A DNA stretch of 61,734 nucleotides, the filler included, from a bacterium (GTDB taxonomy: Bacteria > JALSQH01), in the NCBI GenBank assembly GCA_026985515.1. It is 9 parts of 9 records of this genome, joined end to end, with 100 filler letters (N's around TTAATTAATTAA, not from the genome) between each part and the next. Parts side by side here need not be neighbours in the genome. Positions count along the whole stretch, not along the records: positions 1 to 6,892 come from JALSQH010000240.1; positions 6,993 to 13,864 come from JALSQH010000241.1; 7 more parts are not named here. One strand, given 5' to 3'. The position numbers and the translations under genes are program-made. Of this stretch, positions 1 to 9,916 are shown one piece after another (the first letter of the stretch is position 1; each line of letters begins with the position of its first letter). The notes under the pieces were generated by a model. It made no database searches. It worked only from the letters and a program-made list of their open reading frames with translations, and was not told the origin of the DNA.

Positions 1-2
1 TT

Positions 3-665
3 TTAGAGGATAAAATGGTTATGCCTCTGGGGGGAAGTACCCCTGTTCAGCTTGATGTGAGAATAATTGCCGCCACCAATCGCAATCTTGAAGAGATGGT
101 TGAGAAAGGGGAATTCAGGGAGGATCTCTACTACAGATTAAAGGTATTTTCCATAAAACTTCCACCCCTCAGAGAGAGACTTGACGATATTCCGCTTCTG
201 GTAGAGCATTTCTTGTGGAAATTCAAAAAAATACATGGAATTGAGGAAAAGGAATTTACAGAAGAGGCGATAAATCTGTTAAAGAGTTACTCCTGGCCTG
301 GTAATGTGAGAGAGCTGGAAAATACTCTTCTGAGAATTGTTCTTACCGTCCCGGGAAGGATAATTACGCCGGAGGATGTGGGAAGATTTATAAAAAGTGA
401 CATCGAAGTGCGGGAAAAGAGTTTTTCAGATGTGGTTTACGATTATCTTAAGGGAATTTTTGACTCACTTAATATTCCTGAAAATGGAAAAATGGATATA
501 TATCATGAGGTCATAAAAAGAGTTGAAGAACCCCTCATAAAACTTGCACTTGAAAAAACCAGATGGAATCAGGTCAGAGCAGCTGAACTTCTCGGGATTA
601 ACAGAAACACCCTCAGAAAAAAGATAAGAGAACTGGGAATAAATGGGGAAAAGAGAAATTCTTGA
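3..665 (+). CDS. Sigma54-dependent transcriptional activator (NtrC/AtoC family), C-terminal part; 5' end lies before the window
   Basis: AAA+ motifs DVRIIAATN, FREDLYYRL, WPGNVREL and a Fis-type HTH (NQVRAAELLGINRNTLRKK); frame is open back to position 3. Confidence 0.92.
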   Translation, partial: LEDKMVMPLGGSTPVQLDVRIIAATNRNLEEMVEKGEFREDLYYRLKVFSIKLPPLRERLDDIPLLVEHFLWKFKKIHGIEEKEFTEEAINLLKSYSWPGNVRELENTLLRIVLTVPGRIITPEDVGRFIKSDIEVREKSFSDVVYDYLKGIFDSLNIPENGKMDIYHEVIKRVEEPLIKLALEKTRWNQVRAAELLGINRNTLRKKIRELGINGEKRNS

Positions 666-1293
666 AAATTACAGAGGACTCTACGGTATAGTTGATCTTG
701 CTTTCAAGGATCATCTTCCGCCAGTGGAATGGGCGAAGATTTTTGTCAGAAACAGTATAAAAGTGATTCAATTAAGGGGGAAAAAGGTTTCCGATGCAGA
801 ACTTTTTAAATGGGCAGAAAAGTTGAGGGAGGTTATTCCTGAAGAATTTATCTTTATCGTAAATGACAGACCCGATATTGCACTTCTAACCGGTGCAGAT
901 GGTGTTCATGTGGGGCAGGATGACATTCCACCTGACGCAGTAAAAGAGAAATTCTCCCACTTAATTGTTGGTTTTTCCACTCACAATTTTGCCCAGTTCC
1001 TTCAGGCTGAAAAAACTCAGGCCGATTATGCAGGCTTTGGGCCCATTTTTCCGACAACCAGTAAGGATAAACCTGACCCGGTGACCGGAATCAAGCCTCT
1101 CGAAGAAGTTGTGAGCAGGAAAACTCTGCCAGTTGTGGCAATCGGGGGAATAAACAGAGAAAGGCTGATTGAAATTCTCAATGTTGTTTGTCCTGAGATG
1201 TTTTCTGTTGTTTCTGCAATTGCTCTCTCCAGCGACCCGGAAGAGGAAGTTAGAATCCTGCAGGAGACCTATCTGACCAGGTGCAGGAAATAG
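643..1293 (+). CDS. thiE: Thiamine-phosphate synthase
   Basis: IQLRGK, VNDRPD, GADGVHVGQDD, GFSTH, GPIFPTTSK and VAIGGI motifs. Confidence 0.92.
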   Translation: MGKREILENYRGLYGIVDLAFKDHLPPVEWAKIFVRNSIKVIQLRGKKVSDAELFKWAEKLREVIPEEFIFIVNDRPDIALLTGADGVHVGQDDIPPDAVKEKFSHLIVGFSTHNFAQFLQAEKTQADYAGFGPIFPTTSKDKPDPVTGIKPLEEVVSRKTLPVVAIGGINRERLIEILNVVCPEMFSVVSAIALSSDPEEEVRILQETYLTRCRK

Positions 1294-1327
1294 TGTTTAG
1301 TGACGAAGGTAAAGGTGGAGGTTACTC

Positions 1328-1822
1328 ATGAGAGAGATTGTGGAAAATTTCAGTCTTGTCTCTTTTCTGAGAAAATTTGATGATTCACCTTTCTTTTTCC
1401 GACTGCTTGTTAATCTCTATCCACCTTTTATCTGTGCCGGTGTCAGAATTGTCTCTGTGTCAAAAGATTTCAGAAGGATTGAGGTAAAAATGGGTTTAAA
1501 GTGGTATAATAAAAACTATGTTGGAACACAGTTCGGTGGAAGTTTGTATGCCATGACAGATCCTTTTTTGATGATAATGCTGATGAAGAATCTGGGTCCA
1601 GATTATATTGTGTGGGACAAGGCTGCAGAAGTTGAGTTTGTGAAGCCAGGAAAGAGCGAGGTTAGAGCAGTATTTGAGATTGATGACAGAATTCTTGATG
1701 AGATAAAACGAAAGGTGGAGGAAAAGGATAAGTATCTTCCTGCCTTTGATGTGGATGTTAGAGATGTAAATGGAGAGGTTATTGCAAGGGTAAAGAAAAT
1801 AATATATGTGAGAAAGAAGTAA
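1328..1822 (+). CDS. Hotdog-fold thioesterase-like protein (DUF4442/YiiD type)
   Basis: [20 protein letters not shown] and [14 protein letters not shown] motifs; GGAGG RBS. Confidence 0.8.
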   Translation: MREIVENFSLVSFLRKFDDSPFFFRLLVNLYPPFICAGVRIVSVSKDFRRIEVKMGLKWYNKNYVGTQFGGSLYAMTDPFLMIMLMKNLGPDYIVWDKAAEVEFVKPGKSEVRAVFEIDDRILDEIKRKVEEKDKYLPAFDVDVRDVNGEVIARVKKIIYVRKK

Positions 1823-1833
1823 GAGGAGAAGAG

Positions 1834-2922
1834 ATGGATATTCTGGAAAAGATCCCTTCAAGAAGAGAAGTAATTGAAAGCTTTAAAAGTACCGGTGGTA
1901 AAATAGCCGCAGTGTATCCTTACCACTACCACAGAGCATTATTCAGGGCGTTTGATATTCTGCCTGTGGAAGTCTGGGGTCCCCCGGGGATTGATACAAC
2001 CTATGGTAGTTCATATCTTCAACCCTACGTTTGTTCTGTTGTTCACAGTGGTTTGTCCTTTTATCTCTCGGGTGGACTGGATGTTGTTGATTTCATAGTT
2101 GTTCCTCATGCCTGTGATTCTCTGCAGGGACTCGGAAGCGTTTACATAGATTTTGTTAAGCCGAAGCAGCCGGTTTTCACCATTTACATTCCCAGAGGAA
2201 GAAAGGATCTGGATGTAGAGTTTCTTTCAAAGGAGTTTGAAAGTATTTTCAACAGGTTAAAGGAATTAACGGGCAAAAGTGTCACTGAAGATAAATTGAT
2301 GGAGGAGATTCTGAAAGAAGAGGAAGCTCTGAAAAAAGTCAGGGAACTGTATAGCAAAAGGGAGCAGATCTCTCTCTCCGATTATCATTTTTACCGGGTT
2401 GTGAGGAGCAGAGAGTATCTTCCAGCGGAGAAATTTATGGAAATTGCTGATCATTTACTTGAGAATTTTTCAGATGGGACAGAGAGAGAGGGTGTGCCTG
2501 TGATTTTTTCCGGCCTTTTGCCTGAGCCCATGGAGATTCTGGAGAAACTTGAGGAGATAGATGGAAGAATTGTTGCTGACGATTTTGCCTGCTGTGGAAG
2601 ACGCCTTTACGGAGAGGGTAAAAGTAATAACCCCTTTGTGAGGATGGCAGAATCAATACTCAATTCTCCACCGGATAGTTCCCGCGGTGCCACGGTGGAT
2701 GAAAGGGTTGAACACCTTTCTTCACTTGTGAAAAAGTATGGTGCCAGGGGGGTTGTTTTTTACATTGTTAAGTTCTGTGAAATGGAACTGTTCTACATTC
2801 CACACATGATGCGTGGTTTAAAGGAGAGGGGGATACCCTCAGTTTACATAGAGGTGGACATAAATGATCCACTTCCTGACCAGACAATAACGAGACTTGA
2901 AGCCTTTGTGGAGGTTTTATGA
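1834..2922 (+). CDS. 2-hydroxyacyl-CoA dehydratase / benzoyl-CoA reductase family subunit (HgdB/BcrC-like)
   Basis: Conserved Cys motifs [18 protein letters not shown]-terminal TRLEAFVE. Confidence 0.85.
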   Translation: MDILEKIPSRREVIESFKSTGGKIAAVYPYHYHRALFRAFDILPVEVWGPPGIDTTYGSSYLQPYVCSVVHSGLSFYLSGGLDVVDFIVVPHACDSLQGLGSVYIDFVKPKQPVFTIYIPRGRKDLDVEFLSKEFESIFNRLKELTGKSVTEDKLMEEILKEEEALKKVRELYSKREQISLSDYHFYRVVRSREYLPAEKFMEIADHLLENFSDGTEREGVPVIFSGLLPEPMEILEKLEEIDGRIVADDFACCGRRLYGEGKSNNPFVRMAESILNSPPDSSRGATVDERVEHLSSLVKKYGARGVVFYIVKFCEMELFYIPHMMRGLKERGIPSVYIEVDINDPLPDQTITRLEAFVEVL

Positions 2923-4247
2923 AGCTCATTGACACAATTAAATACAGATTGACAGTTGATGTGGCTGGTAGGGCTTTTTTGAGGTATGAAAGGTTTCTCA
3001 ATGCAAGAAGATTGAAGAATGCAAGGTTCAAAAGTGAAAATCTTGCTCCTCCACTCAGAATAAGTGCCTGGACAAAGGAACTGATCTCCCTTCACTACTT
3101 CAGGGGACGCTATGTGGAGGGTCATCAGCCAGTTGCATATGTCACTTCAGGTGGCCCCGTGGAGATTTTAAAGGCACTTGGTTACTATGTTATCTATCCT
3201 GAGAACCATGCAGCCCTTGCAGGTGCCAGACATGCTCAGATGGAACTGATTCAGTCTGCCGAGGAATTTGGATTTTCACAGGATATTTGCTCATATGTGA
3301 GAACTGACCTTGGCACAGCCCTCACAGGGAAAACACCGGTGGGTAAATTACCTAAACCTGATCTCCTTCTGGCATGTACCAACATCTGTCAGACGGTTCT
3401 TCACTGGTACAGGGTTCTCCAAAAAATTTTTAATGTTCCCCTTGTGGTTATAGACACGCCCTTTGTCTACACAGAGGCACCTCCCCATGCTGTTGAGTAT
3501 GTGAAGAAGCAACTGGAGAATGAGCTCATACCGGTGGCAGAGAGAGTTGCAGGAAGAACTTTGAAGGAGAAGAAGTTTAAAGAAGTTGTGAAGTACTCTA
3601 AGGATGCCACTGAATTGTGGCTTGAAATTCTTAATATGGGAAGGCACATTCCCACTCCCATTTCCATCTTTGATCAGTTCATCCACATGGCGCCAATAGT
3701 TGAGATGAGGGGGGATAAGGTAACAGTTGATTTTTACTATGCAATGTTGAAAGAGGTGAAGGAGAGGGTTAAAAAGGGGATCGGTTCAGTCAAAAATGAG
3801 AAAAAGAGGGTTCTCTGGGATAACCTGCCTGTGTGGTACAAACTAAGCAGGCTGGCAGCCGAGCTTGCAGATAGAGGGGTATCCATGCCCATTTCCACTT
3901 ATACCTATGCATGGGGCGAACTTGCTCCACTCATTGATATTGAGAGAGGCATGGAGTCAATGGCAAGGGTTTATCTCTACCCGATTCTCAACAGAGGAAC
4001 AGGTCATAAACTTGAGGTTATGAGGCAGATGGTGAAGGACTTCAAACTTGATGGTGTTATCCTTCATTCTGACAGATCCTGTAAGCCCTATTCCATTGGT
4101 CAGGTACCCCAGAGGAACAAGTTAATGGAGGAATTCGGGATTCCTGCTCTTCTTCTTGAAGCTGATCACAACGATGAGAGAGCCTTTTCGGAGGAACAGG
4201 TTGCTTCCAGAATTGCATCTTTTCTGGAAATGATGGAGGTGGCATGA
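2919..4247 (+). CDS. 2-hydroxyacyl-CoA dehydratase / benzoyl-CoA reductase family subunit (HgdA/BcrB-like)
   Basis: [28 protein letters not shown] motifs; ATGA overlap with the upstream gene. Confidence 0.85.
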   Translation: MKLIDTIKYRLTVDVAGRAFLRYERFLNARRLKNARFKSENLAPPLRISAWTKELISLHYFRGRYVEGHQPVAYVTSGGPVEILKALGYYVIYPENHAALAGARHAQMELIQSAEEFGFSQDICSYVRTDLGTALTGKTPVGKLPKPDLLLACTNICQTVLHWYRVLQKIFNVPLVVIDTPFVYTEAPPHAVEYVKKQLENELIPVAERVAGRTLKEKKFKEVVKYSKDATELWLEILNMGRHIPTPISIFDQFIHMAPIVEMRGDKVTVDFYYAMLKEVKERVKKGIGSVKNEKKRVLWDNLPVWYKLSRLAAELADRGVSMPISTYTYAWGELAPLIDIERGMESMARVYLYPILNRGTGHKLEVMRQMVKDFKLDGVILHSDRSCKPYSIGQVPQRNKLMEEFGIPALLLEADHNDERAFSEEQVASRIASFLEMMEVA

Positions 4248-5044
4248 GCAGAGTGAAGGCAATAGGAATAGACGTGGGTTCCACCACAGCCAAAATAGTT
4301 GCTGTTGATGAAAATGGTGAAATGATTTGGCGTTACATAGAACCTACTGATCCCCGCATTGAGGATCAGGTTGACAGATTTCTTGAAAAATTGAAAGAGG
4401 AACTCTCAATTTCAGATGAAGAGTTGAAGAAAATTCCCATTGTTGCCACCGGTTACGGGAGGAAACTCGTTCATCAGGCAAAGAAGAAGTTGACGGAGAT
4501 CACCTGCCATGCAAAGGGAGTATATAAAAGCCTTGGTCATGGTGGAACACTTGTGGATATTGGGGGACAGGATAGCAAGGTGATTGTCATAAGCAATGAT
4601 GGAAAGGTCGTTGATTTCACCATGAATGATAAATGCGCTGCCGGTACAGGGAGGTTTCTTGAGAATACCGCCATGAGAATGAAGGTTCCACTTGACAAAA
4701 TGGGTGAACTTGCCCTATCTGCTCCCGAAGAGGTGAAGATTTCCAGTGTTTGCACCGTTTTTGCTGAATCGGAGATTATTTCCATGATAGCTCATGGTGT
4801 TGCTGTGGAACCTATCCTGAAGGGGTTGCACAGAGGACTCATTTCCAGGATAGTGGCAATGATAAGGAGTGTGGGTTTAACACCTCCACTCATGCTCTCT
4901 GGTGGAGTGGTAAAAAATCCCGCCGTAAGGAAAATGCTGGAAGAGGCAACAGGTCAGAAGGTTATTTTGCCCGAGTATCCCCAGTTCATGGGTGCCTATG
5001 GTGCTGCTCTGATTGCTCTTGAATCAACCAAAAGTGAAAATTAG
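4244..5044 (+). CDS. ASKHA-type [4Fe-4S] ATPase, CoA-substrate-specific enzyme activase (HgdC/HadI-like)
   Basis: [46 protein letters not shown]. Confidence 0.92.
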   Translation: MSRVKAIGIDVGSTTAKIVAVDENGEMIWRYIEPTDPRIEDQVDRFLEKLKEELSISDEELKKIPIVATGYGRKLVHQAKKKLTEITCHAKGVYKSLGHGGTLVDIGGQDSKVIVISNDGKVVDFTMNDKCAAGTGRFLENTAMRMKVPLDKMGELALSAPEEVKISSVCTVFAESEIISMIAHGVAVEPILKGLHRGLISRIVAMIRSVGLTPPLMLSGGVVKNPAVRKMLEEATGQKVILPEYPQFMGAYGAALIALESTKSEN

Positions 5045-5058
5045 GAGCGGAGGAAGAT

Positions 5059-6159
5059 ATGTCCCTCAAAATAGGAATTGTTGGATTACCAAATGTGGGG
5101 AAGTCTACCATTTTCAATGCCCTCACTTCTGCCAGATCTCAGGTGGCCAATTATCCCTTTGCCACCATCGATCCCCATGTGGGAATTGTGGATGTACCTG
5201 ATAAAAGGCTTGATAAACTGGCGGAGATTGTTAAACCGGAGATGGTGGTTCATGCAACCCTTGAAGTGGTGGACATAGCCGGACTTGTTAAAGGGGCAAA
5301 TAAAGGAGAGGGGCTCGGGAATCAGTTTCTCGATAATATCAGAAGGGTTGACGCAATTATCCATGTTGTGAGAGCCTTTCAGAATCCAGATATTGTGCAT
5401 GTCAGTGGCAAAGTTGATCCAAGAAGCGACATTGAAGTCATAAACACAGAACTTGTTCTTGCTGATCTTCAGGTCCTGGAGAGAAGAATAGAAAAGGTCT
5501 CCAGACTGGCAAAAAGCGGCGAGAAAAAGCTGAAGGAAGAACTGGAATTTTTGAAAAGGGTTGAGGCTTGGTTAAATGAGGGAAAAAAAATAATAAATAT
5601 GGAGTTATCTTCTGAAGAAAAAGAGTGGTTGAGGAATCTCCATCTTCTCACTACAAAAAAGATGCTCTATGTTATAAATGTTGATGAGGAGGGCTGGGAA
5701 AAGAAGGAATCTCACCCCCTTGTGAGAGAGGCAATTGCTTATATTAAAGAAGAGGGTAGCGACTATGTCATAATCTTTGGAAAGATGGAGGCTGAGATTA
5801 CGGAACTCGATCCAGGGGACAGAGCTGAGTTTTTGAAAGATGCAGGAATTGATGAACCGGGCCTCAACAGGGTTATCAGAAAAGGTTATCAGATGCTTGA
5901 TCTTATCACCTTTTTTACAGCCGGGAAGCCGGAGGTCAGGGCCTGGACTGTAAAAAGAGGAGCCACTGCACCTGAAGCCGCAGGGGTGATTCACTCAGAC
6001 TTTCAGAGAGGATTTATCAAAGCAGAGGTGATTCCTTTTGAAGAGTTTGTAAAGTATGGTTCAATGGCGGCGGCACGGGAAGCTGGTGCAGTCAGGATGG
6101 AAGGCAAAGATTATGTCATAAAGGATGGGGATGTTGTTTACTTCAGGTTCAATGTTTAA
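5059..6159 (+). CDS. ychF: Redox-regulated ATPase YchF
   Basis: GIVGLPNVGKST, ANYPFATIDP, DIAGLVKGA..GEGLGNQFL, C-terminal FRFNV. Confidence 0.97.
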   Translation: MSLKIGIVGLPNVGKSTIFNALTSARSQVANYPFATIDPHVGIVDVPDKRLDKLAEIVKPEMVVHATLEVVDIAGLVKGANKGEGLGNQFLDNIRRVDAIIHVVRAFQNPDIVHVSGKVDPRSDIEVINTELVLADLQVLERRIEKVSRLAKSGEKKLKEELEFLKRVEAWLNEGKKIINMELSSEEKEWLRNLHLLTTKKMLYVINVDEEGWEKKESHPLVREAIAYIKEEGSDYVIIFGKMEAEITELDPGDRAEFLKDAGIDEPGLNRVIRKGYQMLDLITFFTAGKPEVRAWTVKRGATAPEAAGVIHSDFQRGFIKAEVIPFEEFVKYGSMAAAREAGAVRMEGKDYVIKDGDVVYFRFNV

Positions 6160-6235
6160 TGGTGGAGCCGAGGGGGATCGAACCCCCGACCTTGGCGTTG
6201 CGAACGCCACGCTCTCCCATCTGAGCTACGGCCCC
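6160..6235 (-). tRNA. tRNA-Ala (anticodon CGC), CCA encoded
   Basis: Reverse complement GGGGCCGTAGCTCAGATGGGAGAGCG TGGCG-TTCGCAA-CGCCA AGGTCGGGGGTTCGATCCCCCTCGGCTCCACCA forms a full cloverleaf with the G3-U70 Ala determinant. Confidence 0.96.
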
Positions 6236-6247
6236 TTACATATTCCC

Positions 6248-6276
6248 ATTATATCAGGTGAGCTGTGTGTTTTCAA
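6248..6276 (-). promoter_or_regulatory. Sigma70-type promoter for tRNA-Ala
   Basis: TTGAAA-17 nt-TATAAT on the minus strand, 12 nt upstream of the tRNA. Confidence 0.65.
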
Positions 6277-6341
6277 TCGGGAAATGTGTTGCCTGATGCT
6301 TTCTTATCGGGTAAAATAAAAGGCGGAGAGAAGGGGAAAAA

Positions 6342-6647
6342 ATGTTCAGATTGATCAGGTGGCTTTTTTCCACTGTATTCACGATTATTGTTGTGGCTCT
6401 TGTGCTTTATTTTTTCAAATTTACCATAAGGGGAGATGCCCTCTGCATCTCTTTACGCCATTCTGAACATAAAAGGGCTTTGAAGCAGGTTGAGTATAAA
6501 GTGAAACGGGAAGTTGAGGAGGGAAAAAAGCACCTGACCCAGCATGTAAAAAGTATTCTCACAGAGGAAAATTCCAGAAAGGAAAGAGGTAAAAAGAGCA
6601 GTGATGAGGAGAAGCTACGGGAAATTATTAAGGATAACATGCGTTAG
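6342..6647 (+). CDS. Hypothetical membrane-anchored protein
   Basis: N-terminal hydrophobic segment then charged helical region; purine-rich RBS. Confidence 0.55.
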   Translation: MFRLIRWLFSTVFTIIVVALVLYFFKFTIRGDALCISLRHSEHKRALKQVEYKVKREVEEGKKHLTQHVKSILTEENSRKERGKKSSDEEKLREIIKDNMR

Positions 6648-6892
6648 CATAATGATACTCCTTTTCGTCGGGAGCTGTGCTTCTCTCCCGAAGAGAAATT
6701 ACTCCTCAGAAGAGGAGAAGTTGTACAGTGAAGCCATCTTTTATCTGGAGCATGGAAATGGTTTCAACGATTATTACCAGAGGGCATACAAACTTTTTGA
6801 AGAGTTACTGGAGAAGTATCCGGGAAGCAAGTATGAAGTTGCTGCAAAGATCGGGAAGGCTGATGCCCTCTTCAAGCAGGGTAAGTATTCTC
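6601..6892 (+). CDS. BamD/ComL-like TPR lipoprotein, 3' truncated by contig end; start uncertain
   Basis: Lipobox FVGSC; pattern A..LF..L..KYPGSKY..AA.I..ADALF. Confidence 0.6.
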
Positions 6893-6992
6893 NNNNNNNN
6901 NNNNNNNNNNNNNNNNNNNNNNNNNNNNNNNNNNNNTTAATTAATTAANNNNNNNNNNNNNNNNNNNNNNNNNNNNNNNNNNNNNNNNNNNN
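6893..6992. other. Artificial contig linker
   Basis: 100-nt N-run containing TTAATTAATTAA (stops in all six frames). Confidence 0.99.
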
Positions 6993-6994
6993 TA

Positions 6995-7720
6995 AAGGAT
7001 GAATCAGGTAATCCCCTGACCCTCAGAGCAAAAATTTCGAGAAACCTTTTTGCAAATCTCACCTATGATCTTGTTCAGAGAACATTCAAAGTGTGTGATG
7101 AAGCTCTTCAGAACGCCCACCTCACAGTTGGAGAGATAGATAATGTCATTCTTGTGGGTGGATCAACAAAAATGCCCATCATCAAAGAAGCAGTGGAAAA
7201 CTATTTTTTCAAGACTCCTCTCAGTAACATAGATCCAGAATTGGTGGTTGCCACTGGAGCTGCAATTCATGCCTCTTCTCTTATGGGCGACAGAAAGGCT
7301 GCTTCAAAATCACTGTTGATAGATGTCACTTCAAGATCCCTCGGTATTGAAACAGTGGGGGGATTAATGGAAGTGCTGATACCCAAGAATTCACCGGTAC
7401 CCACAGAATCAACCAAAATTTTCACCACTGTTAAAGACAATCAGGAGACTGTGAGAATAAAAGTCTATCAGGGAGAATCCAAAAACGCAGAGGAAAATGA
7501 GCTGCTTGGCACCCTGATCCTTTCAGGTATCAGGCCTGCTCCCAGAGGGAAACCGAGAATCCAGGTCGCCTTTGAAATAGATTCCAATGGAATTGTAAAG
7601 GTTTCAGCAAAAGACCTTGACACGGGAAAAGAAAGTAAGACAAAACTCAATGTGCTTGGTGGCATGAGCAGCGAAGAAGTTGAAAAAGCAAAAGAGAGAG
7701 CTGATCTTATAAAGGTGTGA
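6995..7720 (+). CDS. Hsp70/DnaK-family paralog, 5' truncated, with very short C-terminus
   Basis: ILVGGSTKMP, GAAIHA, LLIDVT..SLGIETVGG, FEIDSNGIVKVSAKD; frame open from 6995. Confidence 0.88.
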   Translation, partial: KDESGNPLTLRAKISRNLFANLTYDLVQRTFKVCDEALQNAHLTVGEIDNVILVGGSTKMPIIKEAVENYFFKTPLSNIDPELVVATGAAIHASSLMGDRKAASKSLLIDVTSRSLGIETVGGLMEVLIPKNSPVPTESTKIFTTVKDNQETVRIKVYQGESKNAEENELLGTLILSGIRPAPRGKPRIQVAFEIDSNGIVKVSAKDLDTGKESKTKLNVLGGMSSEEVEKAKERADLIKV

Positions 7721-7727
7721 GGTAGAC

Positions 7728-8246
7728 ATGATTTCTCCTGAAACGAGAGAAAAAATCAGGAAACTCTACCTTAAAATCGGTAAAATGGATTATTTTCAAA
7801 TCCTTCGTGTTAGTGAAGAAAGTTCCCCGGAAGAGATCAGGGAAAACTTTTACAAACTTTCCAGAGCCTTTCATCCAGACAGATACTTCACAGAAAAGGA
7901 TGAAGAACTTAAACAGATGATCAATACAATTTATAAACAGATTTCAGAAGCATATAACATTCTTAAAAACCCGGAATTGAAGAAAAAGTATATTGAGCAG
8001 CTTAAAGAGGACAGTTCCAATATCAGATACAGGTTTGATCAGGAAAAGAAAAAGGAAGAAATGGAAGTTAAGGGTCCTGCAAAAAAATATTTCCAGCTTG
8101 GTATGAAGGCTCTTGAAAACAAAAACATTAAAAACGCCCGTCTGAACTTCAAACTGGCACTCAGTCTGGATCCTGCAAATGAAACAATCAAAAGAAAATT
8201 AAAAGAGGTTGAGGAACTGGAAAAAAAGATGTATTCAAAATTCTGA
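7728..8246 (+). CDS. J-domain co-chaperone with C-terminal TPR
   Basis: DYFQIL...FHPD...ISEAYNIL J-domain; TPR-like AKKYFQLG..AL...ARLNFKLALSLDP. Confidence 0.85.
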   Translation: MISPETREKIRKLYLKIGKMDYFQILRVSEESSPEEIRENFYKLSRAFHPDRYFTEKDEELKQMINTIYKQISEAYNILKNPELKKKYIEQLKEDSSNIRYRFDQEKKKEEMEVKGPAKKYFQLGMKALENKNIKNARLNFKLALSLDPANETIKRKLKEVEELEKKMYSKF

Positions 8247-8247
8247 C

Positions 8248-9861
8248 TTACTCAGCTGCTCCCCACCTCTTAGTGATAGTAAGCCCGATGTTCAGATATC
8301 CTCCACCCACGGTGTAACCCGGATAACCTGGATTGTACATTCTATTAAGTTTTTTCATTGGATCAAGGACATTGTTTTTATTATAAAATTCTGAGTAGGT
8401 TGAATCCTTTTCATAATGCGTTTCAGCAAGGTACTGGTACTGACTGTGAAAACTCAAAAAAGTATTGGTAAGAATCTTATAGGTAAAGGCAAAAGAAAAT
8501 GCATGCGTGTCAGCAGCAAGAAGGTTGGTTGATTTGGATTGACTTACAACCGGGTTCTGATCATAATAATAACCAAAATCAAAAATGTATCTGTCCCCCA
8601 CCTTCCATTCCACTCCAAGTCTGAGGGTAAAGGTATCCTTTAATTTCTCCGTATCCTTTTCACTGAGTCCAATAGTTAGAGGTTTGAAAATCGTATCTGT
8701 CAACTGTATTGGAAAGGGATTTCCAAGAACTGCCAGATAATCATCAATAAGATCTTTTATATCCCTGGGCTTAACTCTGGCGGTGAGGAATGGATAAATA
8801 TACTCAGACCAGCGATTGTAATCTCCCTCCACCAGAACTTCCAGATTGTTTGTAACCTTATAACTTCCTCCAAGACAGAATTGATCAGGGTCGTAGAAAA
8901 CCTTTAAAGATACGCTTGCAGGTACAAAATATTCTCTTTCGGTTGAAAGCCTTCTTATCCTGATAAACGCATCAGCATTTACATTCAAATAAAATTTGCT
9001 CCTGTAAGTGAAGCCCAGTTTCAGCTGATCATTCACCTTATACTGAATCCCGGCAAGGGGAGTCAGAGCATAGGGTTCGTCAACATAGCCATCTGTCATA
9101 AAAGTAACTCCAACGCTTTCAAGATCAGTTAAATTCTTCACTTCATCGGGTAGAGGAACATGTGGCAGATATGCCGCAATATTGGCAAAAACATTAAGAA
9201 ATATATTTACTCCACCACCAATTGAAAGACCCTTTAAGGGTGAGTAAATACTTCCCAGATTTACCCCTGCTCCTATGTTGAGATCAAGAGCAAGGGGTCG
9301 ATAAGAGTAATTCAGATAGTAGGGGTTATCGTATGTGTAAATGGGAAGGTGAATTGAATTGTCAAAGCGTGCAGAATAGAGGGTTAAACCAAAACCTCCA
9401 GCATCCTTAAGACCCTTAATCTCTGAAAAAACTGCACCAAAGGGAACAGCAACTCCAAGATCGAAACCATTTACCCTGTACACACCGTTGCCATTGACAC
9501 TCCTGATCAATTTATCTCTCATCGCGTTTCTGTAAAGGGTTTCATAATATATTTTTTTTTCGTTATCAGAAAGTTCCTGTGGATTCTTTGAAAGTTCCTC
9601 CTCAAGTTCGTCATTGGGATCTGGAGTGAATTTAAGATAGGGTTTTGAGTATAAATATGCAAAAAAGAAATCCTGGTTCTGTAGAAACCCAAAACCTGCG
9701 GGATTGTAGAAAGAGGCTTCGGCACCAATGGTTTCACCTGCCAGTGCTCCTGCCAGTCCTGTACTTCTTGAATCTGTCCCCATGATGTTTAGACCTTTTG
9801 CATAGAGAGAAGAGGTAAAAAATAAAAGTGCAACAATCAATCCTCTTTTAAAATAATTCAT
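8248..9861 (-). CDS. FadL/TodX-family outer-membrane transporter for hydrophobic compounds
   Basis: Signal peptide, SRSTGLAGA...ASFYNPAGF motif, alternating beta-strand pattern; AAGGAGG RBS favours a start at 9861 (or 9867). Confidence 0.75.
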   Translation of the reverse strand: MNYFKRGLIVALLFFTSSLYAKGLNIMGTDSRSTGLAGALAGETIGAEASFYNPAGFGFLQNQDFFFAYLYSKPYLKFTPDPNDELEEELSKNPQELSDNEKKIYYETLYRNAMRDKLIRSVNGNGVYRVNGFDLGVAVPFGAVFSEIKGLKDAGGFGLTLYSARFDNSIHLPIYTYDNPYYLNYSYRPLALDLNIGAGVNLGSIYSPLKGLSIGGGVNIFLNVFANIAAYLPHVPLPDEVKNLTDLESVGVTFMTDGYVDEPYALTPLAGIQYKVNDQLKLGFTYRSKFYLNVNADAFIRIRRLSTEREYFVPASVSLKVFYDPDQFCLGGSYKVTNNLEVLVEGDYNRWSEYIYPFLTARVKPRDIKDLIDDYLAVLGNPFPIQLTDTIFKPLTIGLSEKDTEKLKDTFTLRLGVEWKVGDRYIFDFGYYYDQNPVVSQSKSTNLLAADTHAFSFAFTYKILTNTFLSFHSQYQYLAETHYEKDSTYSEFYNKNNVLDPMKKLNRMYNPGYPGYTVGGGYLNIGLTITKRWGAAE

Positions 9862-9916
9862 ACTCATCCTCCTTCTGGTTGTCAAAAATATATATGAAAT
9901 TCAGGTGGAGGTCAAG

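Noticed and set aside
6125-6319. 64-aa ORF after ychF
   Set aside because: It is the antisense reading of tRNA-Ala and its promoter.
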